From: Synechococcus elongatus PCC 6301
GTDB taxonomy: Bacteria; Cyanobacteriota; Cyanobacteriia; Synechococcales; Synechococcaceae
Length of the DNA stretch: 32,000 nucleotides
Reading direction: 5' to 3'
Assembly (NCBI RefSeq): GCF_000010065.1
Contig: NC_006576.1
Coordinates: forward strand, 2,550,001 to 2,582,000
Within the stretch, counting starts at the first letter, position 1. Each line of letters opens with the position of its first letter. Position numbers and translations under genes: made by a program. Under the pieces are notes generated by a model. That model saw only the letters and a list, made by a program, of their open reading frames with translations, searched no databases and was not told the origin of the DNA. Shown piece by piece: positions 1 to 8,632 of this stretch.

Positions 1-145
1 CAAGCCAGATGGCACGCCCCGCAAGCTCGTCGATGTTCAGCGGCTGACCCAGTTGGGCTGGACTGCTCAAACTTCGCTAGAACTGGGGTTGCGACAAACG
101 CTGGATTGGTTCTTGGCCCATCGTCTGCAAGAAGCTCGTCTCTAA
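1..145 (+). CDS. fcl: 3' end of GDP-L-fucose synthase (Fcl/WcaG-type NAD(P)-dependent epimerase/reductase); the 5' part lies outside the window
   Basis: Frame 2 reads [47 protein letters not shown], ending at TAA 143-145. The block [16 protein letters not shown] matches the conserved Fcl C-terminus (E. coli Fcl has [20 protein letters not shown], from memory). Confidence 0.6.
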   Translation, partial: [47 protein letters not shown]

Positions 146-150
146 ACAGC

Positions 151-158
151 GCGATCGC
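151..158. repeat. HIP1 octamer GCGATCGC; one example of a dispersed, highly iterated palindrome found throughout the window
   Basis: Exact GCGATCGC occurs here. A manual scan found roughly 75-80 further copies in 32 kb, for example near 453, 923, 1813, 2048, 5603, 9786 (tandem GCGATCGCGATCGC), 18541, 24901 and 31141. This density is characteristic of many cyanobacteria. Confidence 0.9.
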
Positions 159-191
159 AACTGTCCTGTCTGTCCTGGCTTTTCGGTTGGA

Positions 192-1586
192 GTGAATTTG
201 CGAACCATTCGGGCTGAGCTGCAACAGTTCCTGCAGCTAGCGATTCCCTTGGCGGCTGCCCAAGTTGCTCAGGCGGCAGTGGGCTTTGTCGATACGGTGA
301 TGATGGGGCGACTCGGCCCGGAGCCCTTGGCGGCTGGGGGCTTAGCTTCAGCCCTTTTCCAGTTCATTTTGGCCACGGCTAGCGGGGTCGTGATGGCAGT
401 CAGCCCGCTGGTAGCGGAGGCCCAGGGAGCGGGTAAAGACTACAAAATTGCGGCGATCGCGCGACAAGGTCTGTGGCTGTCGGTGCTGCTGGGGCTGCCG
501 GTGATGCTGATCATCAGCCAGCTTGCCCGCCTGATGCCAGTGCTGGGGCAGTCGGCAACCACGATCGCCCTGGCCCGAGACTACTGGATGGCAGTGCTCT
601 GGGGCATCATTCCCGGCCTTGGGTTTGCCATGCTGCGGGGCTACGTTGCAGCCCTTGAGCAGGCTCGGATTATCCTGCCGTTGGTGTTGTTTGGCACGCT
701 AGTCAACGGACTGGGTAACTATTTGCTGGGCTACGGACAGCTAGGGTTTCCACGGCTGGAACTAACGGGCTTGGGCCTCTCAAGTGCCCTGGGGCTCTGG
801 GTGATGTTTTTGGGCCTGCTCGCCTATACCGCCTGGCAGCCGAAGCTGCGCCGCTATCCCTTTTGGCAGGACTGGCGACGGCTGCAGCCGTCGATCTGCC
901 GTCAGATTTTGCAATTGGGCTGGGCGATCGCGGTCACGGTGGCCGTGGAATTTGGCCTGTTTACAATCATCACAATTTTGATGGGAGCGATCGGCGTCGA
1001 GGCTTTGGCCGCCCATCAGACAGTTTCCCAAACAATCATCTTGATTTTCATGGTGCCCTTGGGCTGTTCCTTCGCCGTAACTGTGCGCGTTGGCTGGTGG
1101 TTGGGTCGCCAGGATGGCCTTGGAGCTCGACGTGCCGGTCTGGTGGGAGTAGGGGCGATCGCCCTGTGGATGCTGTTACTGGCGATCCCTCTGGCTCTAT
1201 TCCCCCGCGCGATCGTCGGTATCTACGTGGATCTCAACAATCCTGTCAATGCCGGACTATTGAACTTGGCTTTACCCATGCTGCGCGTTGCCTCCCTGGC
1301 GCTGGTGCTCGATGGTGTGCAGCGTGTCGCGATGGGAGCGCTACATGGCCTGCAAGATACTCGCATTCCGCTGCTGCTTAGTCTGCTGGCTTTTTGGATG
1401 GTTGGGGTCGGCAGTAGCGCGATGCTAGGGTTTCAATTGGGTTGGGGCAGCACCGGTCTCTGGATTGGTCAATCTTTGGGCGTGGCGATCGCAGGGGGAC
1501 TGTTCCTGCAGCGCTTTTTGAAATTGACCCAAAATCGAACATTCAAGCAACGCCTGCAGCCTCAGCCGCTAGCTACTCATCCCTAA
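192..1586 (+). CDS. MATE family multidrug/toxin efflux transporter (NorM/DinF-like)
   Basis: 464-aa polytopic hydrophobic ORF with a GTG start at 192. The N-terminus LAIPLAAAQVAQAAVGFVDTVMMGRLGPEPLAAGGLA is the typical MATE first-repeat signature. A second internal repeat follows (LGWAIAVTVAVEFGLFT...). Confidence 0.88.
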   Translation: MNLRTIRAELQQFLQLAIPLAAAQVAQAAVGFVDTVMMGRLGPEPLAAGGLASALFQFILATASGVVMAVSPLVAEAQGAGKDYKIAAIARQGLWLSVLLGLPVMLIISQLARLMPVLGQSATTIALARDYWMAVLWGIIPGLGFAMLRGYVAALEQARIILPLVLFGTLVNGLGNYLLGYGQLGFPRLELTGLGLSSALGLWVMFLGLLAYTAWQPKLRRYPFWQDWRRLQPSICRQILQLGWAIAVTVAVEFGLFTIITILMGAIGVEALAAHQTVSQTIILIFMVPLGCSFAVTVRVGWWLGRQDGLGARRAGLVGVGAIALWMLLLAIPLALFPRAIVGIYVDLNNPVNAGLLNLALPMLRVASLALVLDGVQRVAMGALHGLQDTRIPLLLSLLAFWMVGVGSSAMLGFQLGWGSTGLWIGQSLGVAIAGGLFLQRFLKLTQNRTFKQRLQPQPLATHP

Positions 1587-1621
1587 TTGCACTGAATCTT
1601 GAGGACTGGAGTCCCAGACTG

Positions 1622-1963
1622 CTAAGACGGGGATTGTAAGCCTTGCCCCCAGGCATGCAGCCCCTCCAACACTGGCAGCAGGGCTTGTCCACGCTCGGTC
1701 AAGGCGTATTCAACGCGGGGTGGTACTTCTGGATAGACCGTGCGATCCAGCACTCCATCCGCTTCAAGTTCACGGAGCTGGCTAGTCAAGACTTTTTGGC
1801 TAACCCCAACGAGCGATCGCTGCAGATCAGAAAAGCGACGCACCCCCTCCGCTAGCTCCCGAATAATCAGCAACTTCCAGCGACCTTGCATCACCCGCAG
1901 CGCTACTTCGGCAGGGCAATTGCTGTGATCATGACTTTCTAAATAGCCGGATTCTGAATCCAT
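1622..1963 (-). CDS. HxlR-family winged-helix transcriptional regulator (YodB/HypR-like, with the conserved N-terminal Cys)
   Basis: 113 aa. The sequence NCPAEVALRVMQGRWKLLIIRELAEGVRRFSDLQRSL-GVSQKVLTSQLRELEADGVLDRTVYPEVPPRVEYALTERG matches the HxlR pattern (CP...GGKWK...RF.EL......IS.K.L...L..LE..G...R..Y...PPRVEY.LT..G). Confidence 0.88.
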   Translation of the reverse strand: MDSESGYLESHDHSNCPAEVALRVMQGRWKLLIIRELAEGVRRFSDLQRSLVGVSQKVLTSQLRELEADGVLDRTVYPEVPPRVEYALTERGQALLPVLEGLHAWGQGLQSPS

Positions 1964-2012
1964 ATTTACAAACAGCTAACCAACGTACTTTTGGCTTCGT
2001 TCTTGTCAAGAA

Positions 2013-2040
2013 TACTGACCAGAAGTCACACTGATCAGTA
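2013..2040. promoter_or_regulatory. Candidate operator in the hxlR/CDGSH divergent intergenic region: inverted repeat TACTGA-N16-TCAGTA with nested ACTGA repeats
   Basis: TACTGA at 2013-2018 and TCAGTA at 2035-2040. ACTGA is also repeated at 2014-2018 and 2030-2034, and TGAC/GTCA lie at 2015-2018 and 2025-2028. The site is 50 bp from the hxlR ATG. YodB/HxlR boxes are TACT...AGTA-type palindromes. The assignment is inference only. Confidence 0.3.
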
Positions 2041-2157
2041 AGGAAATGCGATCGCAGCTTGCAGTCTCAATTCACTAATTGATCCGCTGACTAATGAGTG
2101 AAAGATAGGCCTAGATCTCAATTCAGAAAAGAGGCAATCGCTCCCTAACCGCTGTGA

Positions 2158-2439
2158 ATGGATGAAACCATGTCGATGCTTAGTCCTCATTCTATCCACT
2201 TAGAAGCAGGCACCCATGCTCTCTGTGCCTGTGGTCTGAGCAAATCCGGTAATTTCTGTGATGGCTCGCACCAAGGCTCTGGTAAAGTTCCCCAGATTCT
2301 CAAGCTGGAACAGCCTAAAACTGTCTACCTCTGTAACTGTAGTGCCAGTGGCAACCAGCCCTTTTGCGACGGCAGCCATACTCGCAGCGTGAGTCCAGTG
2401 GCGACCACTCGCAAGCCTTGGTGGAAGTTCTGGGGCTAG
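2158..2439 (+). CDS. CDGSH-type iron-sulfur domain protein (two CDGSH motifs, mitoNEET/Miner-like)
   Basis: 93 aa containing CACGLSKSGNFCDGSH and CNCSASGNQPFCDGSH. These are two copies of the C-x-C-x8-10-C-D-G-S-H [2Fe-2S] ligand motif. The start is ambiguous among ATGs at 2158, 2170 and 2176. Confidence 0.85.
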   Translation: MDETMSMLSPHSIHLEAGTHALCACGLSKSGNFCDGSHQGSGKVPQILKLEQPKTVYLCNCSASGNQPFCDGSHTRSVSPVATTRKPWWKFWG

Positions 2440-2597
2440 GGCTAGCTGTTCAAATCGACTTGTTAGGTTGAGGAGAGTCGGCGCGATCGCATGAGATCCC
2501 CAGTGGGTCTAGCCGGCGTCGACACCCCCACTTGGAGACTTCTGTCTGCAAGGCCGATGTCATTCCACTTTTGTTGGCTTCATTCTCGGTGACTGTG

Positions 2598-3338
2598 ATG
2601 GTTTCGACTGCTGATGCCCGCTCGACTTTAACAACCCCGCTGTTTCGACCGGCAGCGGATCGCTTCCATAGCCAAATCGAGTGGCTGGATAGTTGGCACA
2701 GTTTTAGTTTTGGGAGTCACTACGACCCTGCTTGGATGGGCTTTGGGCCGTTGCGCGTGATCAATGACGACACGATCGCGGCAGGACGTGGTTTTGGCAT
2801 GCACCCGCACCGCGACATGGAAATTGTCACAGTCATGGTTGACGGTGAGCTGACCCACCAAGATTCGCTGGGGAACCGCGAGGTGCTGCGGGCCGGAGAA
2901 GTGCAGCGGATGAGTGCTGGCACCGGTGTCGTTCATAGCGAAGTCAACGCGAGCGATCGCGCTTGCCGGCTCCTGCAAATCTGGATTGAACCTGTTCGTT
3001 TGGGGATTCCCCCTGCTTATGAGCAGAAGCCCTTTGCGCTCGCGACGGGCTGGACGCCGTTGCTCAGTCCCACACCCGATCAAGAGAGTATGGCGATCGA
3101 TCGCCCCATCCGACTTTGGCGGGCGCAACCTGCTCCGGGCACGACCTTAGAAATCCCGATCGCGGCGGAAACCCTCGGCTGGATCCAGCTGATTGATGGA
3201 GCTGTCACGGTCGAGTCTGAGGCTGGCACTTCCCAGACTCTGGTGCGTGGGGATGGCCTCGGTTTCAGCCAAGGCCAAGTCCAGCGGCTAACTAGCAGCC
3301 AAGCAGGGACTGATCTCCTGTTGTTTGAGCTGGTTTAG
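2598..3338 (+). CDS. Pirin-family bicupin (YhhW-like, putative quercetin 2,3-dioxygenase)
   Basis: WLDSWHSFSFGSHYDPAWMGFGPLRVINDDTIAAGRGFGMHPHRDMEIVTVMVDGELTHQDSLGN...MSAGTGVVHSE is near-collinear with E. coli YhhW (WLDSWHTFSFANYYDP..., HPHKDMEI). The track ORF starts at TTG 2532. I prefer the in-frame ATG at 2598 because YhhW homology begins about 14 aa after it. Confidence 0.88.
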   Translation: MVSTADARSTLTTPLFRPAADRFHSQIEWLDSWHSFSFGSHYDPAWMGFGPLRVINDDTIAAGRGFGMHPHRDMEIVTVMVDGELTHQDSLGNREVLRAGEVQRMSAGTGVVHSEVNASDRACRLLQIWIEPVRLGIPPAYEQKPFALATGWTPLLSPTPDQESMAIDRPIRLWRAQPAPGTTLEIPIAAETLGWIQLIDGAVTVESEAGTSQTLVRGDGLGFSQGQVQRLTSSQAGTDLLLFELV

Positions 3339-3364
3339 CAACCGCTCAGCCAGAGGCAACCTTT

Positions 3365-3392
3365 GAGCCCTGTTTCGATGAGAACAGGGCTC
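3365..3392 (+). terminator. Stem-loop between convergent pirin and csgG-like genes (probable intrinsic terminator, possibly bidirectional)
   Basis: GAGCCCTGTT (3365-3374) pairs perfectly with AACAGGGCTC (3383-3392) across an 8-nt loop. On the + strand it is followed by AGACCTTTAGCCTTTC, which is only moderately T-rich. Confidence 0.5.
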
Positions 3393-3412
3393 AGACCTTT
3401 AGCCTTTCAGTG

Positions 3413-4411
3413 TTAATTGGCGAACTTTGCAATATCTCCCACTTTGAACTGAGAGCCAGAGACAATTTCACCAACACTAGAAGTGCTATCGACTTCTGTA
3501 ATTCTGATCTGACCAATGGGTTGGCTGAGACGGCGAATCACTTGCCCCGTTGTTGGATCTTTAATAACTTGAGTGACGCGCTCAATCACAATTCGAGAAC
3601 CCACTCGGATACCCGCAGAGGTTCCTTTGTTTAAAATGACTTGACGTCCGACAACCGCTGCAACGACAGCATTAATCGAAGGAGAGACTGGGGCGATCGC
3701 TTGTAGCTTTTCAGAGGCATTGATCACCTCTTTGGCAACTTGGTCAATGGCTTGCTCTGTGGCGATAAAGACTAATTTTTCTGGGTTAAAGGTTTGAGAA
3801 CCACCCCCAATTCCCAAAACAGTAACCCGCGAATCAGAATGGCTAATATTGCCCGTTCCCTCTGCCACAGCCAAAATTTCGGCTGTGGAGGTGCTTACCA
3901 TTCGAATATTGATTTGGGCGTAGGCATCGACATCGGTGGAGTTACCGCCAATACCAAACAGGAAGGAACCGCCAGATTGCCGAGTTTGCAGATCGAGGCG
4001 TGTGACAGAGCCGATAATGACGGCATCGACGCCTAAAATCTTGCCAATTTGAGCGGCAGTGGAGGGATCAGTCCGTCCTGAAGCCCCTAGATTTTGTTCA
4101 TTGAGTACGGCGTCAATGCGACTCCGTTCAATCAATGTGTAGGTGCCATCTTTTACGAGTCGATTGACCAGAATATCGCTGACACCTTTAGAGACGTTAG
4201 GAAAAGCGGAAAGGACAGAGGGAGAACTGACATTGCTGAAGTCAAAGTCCAATACAGCAATGCGCCGCTTAGCTTGGTTTTGAGCTAACAGCAGTGGTTG
4301 CTTGGCCTTGATCACCAAAGACTGTTCAGCACTAGTAGCGATCGCTGGAGTCTGAATGAGACCTGTCAAAAGGCTGAGATTCAAAACTAGAAAGTGCTGG
4401 GGTTTGAGCAT
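3413..4411 (-). CDS. CsgG-family secreted protein with an extra C-terminal beta-rich domain
   Basis: RRIAVLDFDF...ILVNRLVKDGTYTLIERSRIDAVLNEQNLGASG...AAQIGKILGVDAVIIGSVTRLDLQ...GGSFLFGIGG...AQINIRMVSTSTAEILAV follows the CsgG pattern seen in E. coli CsgG (...LERQGLQNLLNERK...IMVEGSIIGYE...GARYFGIGA...VNLRVVNVSTGEIL). It has an N-terminal signal peptide but no lipobox Cys. The ATG at 4411 is preferred over the TTG at 4426. Confidence 0.68.
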   Translation of the reverse strand: MLKPQHFLVLNLSLLTGLIQTPAIATSAEQSLVIKAKQPLLLAQNQAKRRIAVLDFDFSNVSSPSVLSAFPNVSKGVSDILVNRLVKDGTYTLIERSRIDAVLNEQNLGASGRTDPSTAAQIGKILGVDAVIIGSVTRLDLQTRQSGGSFLFGIGGNSTDVDAYAQINIRMVSTSTAEILAVAEGTGNISHSDSRVTVLGIGGGSQTFNPEKLVFIATEQAIDQVAKEVINASEKLQAIAPVSPSINAVVAAVVGRQVILNKGTSAGIRVGSRIVIERVTQVIKDPTTGQVIRRLSQPIGQIRITEVDSTSSVGEIVSGSQFKVGDIAKFAN

Positions 4412-4543
4412 TTTTGACAGCAGCAAAGTGCTAAACGGGTGAATTAGCTCAACAGTGTATCAGCCCTTGAACACTCAAATTGACTCAGCTCAGAAAGTGA
4501 GTGAAAGCAGAGCGGCTCACGGCAGACTGCATCAACTTTTTGC

Positions 4544-7120
4544 CTAAACGGTTGTGACCCGATCGCCCTCCAGTGTGGTTGCAGACTGTAGAGTTTCAGT
4601 CGACCGCAGGTTGAATAAGGTTTGACCTTCGGCATCCGTACCCGTGACTGCGATCGTGCTGATCGATCGCTGCCAGAGGCGTTGATCGCTGGCAAAAATG
4701 GCGAGTCCTTGGCTGGGAGCCGGTAGGAGGGCAATCAAGCGATCGCGTTTATCGGTGAATCGGAAGGCGTTGTTGCCTAAATCACCGGCGCGACAGAGGC
4801 GCAAGAGTCCGAGCGGCAGCCGCTTGACTAAACCGAGTGTCGAGACAAGCAGGAGGTCTTGGCCCGAGGGCAGACTCAAGCAGCCTAGTGGTTGCTCGCC
4901 CTCCCGTAGGCGCAGGAGTCGTGGTTGACCTCGGGATATGCGACTCGCCAGCGGCAGTTCCGACAGCGACAAGCGCAGCAAACGACCACCACTACTGCCG
5001 AGCAAAACTTCTTGTTGGGGCGCACAGAGGCAGGCAGCTTGGATGATTTCTTCCTCCGCCAACTTCAGCAGTTGCAGTCCTCGATTAGAAATTTCCGCCA
5101 GCTCAGTCAAAGCTAGCCGTTTGACACGCCCTTGACTGCTGAGCGGCAGCAGCGATCGCTCTTCACTCGCAAGGGGCAAGAGTAGGGTGGCGGCGATCGC
5201 AGTGGACTGGCGACCGGTGGGCAAGAGATTGGCGATCGGACCCGGATGCACTTCACGCAGCGATCGCCGGTAGGCGCGGCCCTCGGCAGTGATCACCAGG
5301 AGATCTTGTCTGGGATCCGCCCACTGCAGAACTTTTGGAAAATCCGTTCGCTCTTGAGCGCCGGACTTAGCCTTCAGCCACGGTTCCAGTTCAGTAGCAC
5401 TGGCAGCCTGCAGTTGCTCGCGATCGCTGAGGCAAAGCCAAGTCGATTCTTGGAAAGCAAAGCGCGGTGCAATGACTGGGGCAGAATCTGGGACTGCCGA
5501 GTCGGTTGCCGAGTTGAAGATCAGCTCGCCTTGAATTGGGCCGGCCGTTGCGGGTGTCGGAGCACTGATAGGAGCAACTGGTGCAGTGACTTGTCTAGGA
5601 GCAGCGATCGCTTCCGGTGGGATTTCCGGTAAGCGGGTGCGGTGCGGACTACCAAAGCGCCGTTTCAGGTCACGCAGATCTTTCTTCAGCGCTTTGAGCA
5701 GGGTAGGGCGATCGCCTAACAGGGTTTGCAGGCGGGCTTGTTGCTCCCGCAGGTTAGCCGCCTCCTGCTGCAGTTGCTCCTGCTCTAGGCTGGTGATTCG
5801 TCGCATCGGCATCGAGAGGACGGCATCGGCTTGGCGTTCATTCAAATCGAAGTGAACCTGTAGGCGCGCCCGAGCCGTGCCTCCATCCGGTGATTGGCGC
5901 AGAATTTCGATCAGACCATCCAAGTCACTAAGGCTACGCAGCAAGCCTTCCAAAATCATCAAGCGGCGTTCGGTCTGCTCGAGCTCATGCCCATAGCGGC
6001 GGCGCAGCGTTCCTTCCCGAAAGCTGAGGAACTGTTCCAGCAGTTGCTTGAGGCTGAGTTGCTGGGGTTGACCTTCGACGATCGCCAGCAAAATAGCGCC
6101 GAAGTTGCTCTGCAGGGCCGTGCGTTTGTAGAGCTGCTCCAGCACCTTGTCCGCTTGGGCATCGCGGCGCAATTCAATTACCACCCGCATTCCTTCGCGA
6201 TCGCTTTCATCGCGAATATCAGCGATGCCCTGCAGCTTGCCGTCATTGACTAAATCGGCAACTTTTTCAATCCAGCCCGCTTTGCTGACTTGGTAGGGCA
6301 GTTCCGTGACGATGATCACCGGCCGACGGTGGCGGCCTTTCCCCGGTTGAATTTCTTCGATACGAGCGATGCCGCGCACCGGAATACTGCCGCGACCTTC
6401 GAGATAGGCATCGAGAATCCCTTGGCTGCCAATCACTTCCCCGCCAGTGGGAAAGTCGGGGCCGGGGACATAGCGCAGCAAGTCGCGATCGCTCAGTTGG
6501 GGGCGATCGATCAGGGCAATCAACGCATCGACAATTTCGCCCAAATTATGGGGCGGAATGTTGGTTGCCATGCCAACAGCAATGCCCGAGCAACCATTCA
6601 GCAGCAGGAACGGAAGCTGAGCCGGGAGAACTGAAGGCTCCTGTTGGGAGTTGTCGAAGTTGGCAACAAAATCAACGGTTTCTTCGCCGATTTCTTCCAG
6701 CAGTGCCACATGACTCACCGGCGCTAAGCGCGTCTCGGTGTAGCGCATCGCGGCGGGCGGATCGTTATCGATCGAGCCAAAGTTGCCATGCCCCGCCAGC
6801 AAGGGATAGCGACTGCTAAAGTCCTGTACCAAGCGCACAAGCGCGTCGTAAACTGCCTGATCGCCGTGGGGATGATACTTACCCAGCACGTCACCCACCA
6901 CCCGCGCACTTTTGCGGAAGGGGCGATCGGGGGTCAAACCCAGTTCATGCATGGCATAAAGAATGCGCCGCTGTACTGGCTTGAGGCCATCGCGAGCATC
7001 GGGCAAGGCCCGACCCACGATCACACTCATGGCGTACTCCAGATAGGAGCGCTGCATTTCTTGGTGGAGTGCTGTCGGCAGAATGCGATCAGCGCCGTTG
7101 AACTGGATCGAGTCGGTCAT
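4544..7120 (-). CDS. Type IIA topoisomerase subunit A paralog (GyrA/ParC-like) with a divergent C-terminal domain
   Basis: 858 aa. The N-terminus is [40 protein letters not shown]. The active-site region is [10 protein letters not shown] with the catalytic Tyr. HPHGD is present. Pinwheel-like repeats occur in the C-terminal domain, but I could not find a GyrA-box (QRRGGKG-like). Confidence 0.88.
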   Translation of the reverse strand: MTDSIQFNGADRILPTALHQEMQRSYLEYAMSVIVGRALPDARDGLKPVQRRILYAMHELGLTPDRPFRKSARVVGDVLGKYHPHGDQAVYDALVRLVQDFSSRYPLLAGHGNFGSIDNDPPAAMRYTETRLAPVSHVALLEEIGEETVDFVANFDNSQQEPSVLPAQLPFLLLNGCSGIAVGMATNIPPHNLGEIVDALIALIDRPQLSDRDLLRYVPGPDFPTGGEVIGSQGILDAYLEGRGSIPVRGIARIEEIQPGKGRHRRPVIIVTELPYQVSKAGWIEKVADLVNDGKLQGIADIRDESDREGMRVVIELRRDAQADKVLEQLYKRTALQSNFGAILLAIVEGQPQQLSLKQLLEQFLSFREGTLRRRYGHELEQTERRLMILEGLLRSLSDLDGLIEILRQSPDGGTARARLQVHFDLNERQADAVLSMPMRRITSLEQEQLQQEAANLREQQARLQTLLGDRPTLLKALKKDLRDLKRRFGSPHRTRLPEIPPEAIAAPRQVTAPVAPISAPTPATAGPIQGELIFNSATDSAVPDSAPVIAPRFAFQESTWLCLSDREQLQAASATELEPWLKAKSGAQERTDFPKVLQWADPRQDLLVITAEGRAYRRSLREVHPGPIANLLPTGRQSTAIAATLLLPLASEERSLLPLSSQGRVKRLALTELAEISNRGLQLLKLAEEEIIQAACLCAPQQEVLLGSSGGRLLRLSLSELPLASRISRGQPRLLRLREGEQPLGCLSLPSGQDLLLVSTLGLVKRLPLGLLRLCRAGDLGNNAFRFTDKRDRLIALLPAPSQGLAIFASDQRLWQRSISTIAVTGTDAEGQTLFNLRSTETLQSATTLEGDRVTTV

Positions 7121-7230
7121 GCCTTAGCCAAACTGGCGATCGTTGTCGCAGTAAGCAACGTGGCCTAGCATAACGGACGCTTTCGACCTGCTGTGGCAGA
7201 CTCCAAAGTCAGTGCTTGCGAGGTCTGGTG

Positions 7231-7632
7231 ATGGCGACCTTACTCTTGGTCGAGGACGACCCTACCAATGCTCGGGTCCTTTCCCGAATCTTGGAAAAAC
7301 GGGGTGGCTACACCGTCCAGCACTGTGAAGATGTCGCCACTATCCTGTCCGTTTGTGCCAGCGGCGCGATCGCCCTTGTCTTACTCGACATCTCCCTCGC
7401 CCACAGCACTTATCAAGGTCGGCAACTGAATGGCATCGAAATTTCCCAATTGTTGCGTCAAAATCCCAAGACCGCGTCGATCCCGATCGTGTTGTTGACA
7501 GCCCACGCCATGATTGGCGATCGCGATCAGTTTCTACAGGCTAGCCAAGCCGATGCTTACATCGTCAAACCAGTGATTGACTACGACGCTTTTCTGCAGC
7601 TGATTCAGCAATTACAGGCGGTGCCCCGTTAG
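7231..7632 (+). CDS. Single-domain response regulator (CheY-like receiver only)
   Basis: MATLLLVEDDPTNARVL...IALVLLDISL...IPIVLLTAHA...ADAYIVKP provides the acidic pair, the phospho-acceptor Asp, the T/A position and the conserved Lys-Pro of receiver domains. There is no output domain. The ATG at 7231 is preferred over the TTG at 7216. Confidence 0.85.
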   Translation: MATLLLVEDDPTNARVLSRILEKRGGYTVQHCEDVATILSVCASGAIALVLLDISLAHSTYQGRQLNGIEISQLLRQNPKTASIPIVLLTAHAMIGDRDQFLQASQADAYIVKPVIDYDAFLQLIQQLQAVPR

Positions 7633-7720
7633 CCCTAGCAGGTTAGAGTCGGAGCGGGGTTGACGGCAAGTTAAGTGAATTTTGCGATCGCCCGTACCAA
7701 GTCACTGAGCGATCGCTGCA

Positions 7721-8632
7721 ATGCCCCTACCGGATTATCAAGCCCTAATGCTGCCGCTCTTGCGATTACTAGCAGATCAGCAAGTCCATCGAACTCGCGA
7801 CGCTATTGAAGCCCTAGCAGGGTCTTTCCAATTAACACCTGCTGAAAGACAGCACTTGTTACCCAGCGGCAAACAATTTACATTTGACAATCGAGTTGGT
7901 TGGGCACGCACCTACCTCAAGAAAGCAGGATTAATTGACAGCCCTCAACGAGGATTTTTGCAGATTACGACTATAGGGCAGGAAGTACTCCAACAAAATC
8001 CTCCGAAGATCGACGTTAGCTTTCTTGAGCAGTTCGATAGCTTTCGAGAATTTCGAGGGCTATCTGATACGAATACGGTTACTCCCGCGATCATGAATCT
8101 GACTCAAACTCCGAATACCCCTGAAGAAGATTTAGATGCGGTCTATCATCAGCTGCGGTCTGCTCTCCGGTCTGATTTGCTGCAAACGATCAAGAGCTGT
8201 TCGCCCGCCTTTTTTGAGTGCCTAGTTGTTGAACTGTTGGTGGCAATGGGCTATGGCGGCTCGCGTCTTGAGGCGGGTCAAGCGATCGGCCGAAATAACG
8301 ATGAAGGGATCGACGGCATTATCAAAGAGGATCGCTTGGGTTTAGACATTATCTATATCCAGGCGAAGCGTTGGGAATCAGTTGTTGGTCGCCCCGAAGT
8401 TCAAAAATTTGCAGGAGCACTGCAAGGACAACAAGCCCGTAAAGGCATCTTCATCACGACTTCGACCTTCTCCAAGGAAGCTGCCGATTATGTTCGTAAG
8501 ATTGAGTCAAAAATTATTTTGATTGATGGCCAAACGTTAGCCGAATACATGATTGATAACAATGTTGGTGTGGTGGTTGAAGCAACCTATGAGTTGAAGC
8601 GGATCGATCGCGATTACTTTACTGAAGACTGA
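7721..8632 (+). CDS. mrr: Mrr-type (type IV, modification-dependent) restriction endonuclease
   Basis: 303 aa. The N-terminal winged-helix part (MPLPDYQALMLPLLRLL...RVGWARTYLKKAGLI) resembles Mrr_N. The C-terminal part, FECLVVELLVAMGYGG...GRNNDEGIDGIIKEDRLGLDIIYIQAKRW...VGRPEVQKF, matches the Mrr catalytic (D-(D/E)xK) core. Confidence 0.85.
   Translation: MPLPDYQALMLPLLRLLADQQVHRTRDAIEALAGSFQLTPAERQHLLPSGKQFTFDNRVGWARTYLKKAGLIDSPQRGFLQITTIGQEVLQQNPPKIDVSFLEQFDSFREFRGLSDTNTVTPAIMNLTQTPNTPEEDLDAVYHQLRSALRSDLLQTIKSCSPAFFECLVVELLVAMGYGGSRLEAGQAIGRNNDEGIDGIIKEDRLGLDIIYIQAKRWESVVGRPEVQKFAGALQGQQARKGIFITTSTFSKEAADYVRKIESKIILIDGQTLAEYMIDNNVGVVVEATYELKRIDRDYFTED

Noticed and set aside
473-1381. Track ORFs 473-658(+), 780-1031(-) and 863-1381(+) nested in the MATE transporter gene.
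   Set aside because: They lie in alternative frames or antisense to a full-length, motif-bearing MATE ORF. Their translations are Arg/Gly/Pro/Ala-rich, as expected from off-frame reading of GC-rich, HIP1-rich DNA. I recognised no independent motifs.
4698-7168. About ten + strand ORFs (for example 5246-5632, 5894-6253, 6290-6634, 6788-7168), plus the nested same-strand ORFs 5959-6177(-) and 6724-6909(-), all inside the GyrA/ParC paralog.
   Set aside because: They are fragmented and low-complexity, and each is fully contained in a clearly homologous 858-aa minus-strand gene. This is typical antisense open-frame noise.
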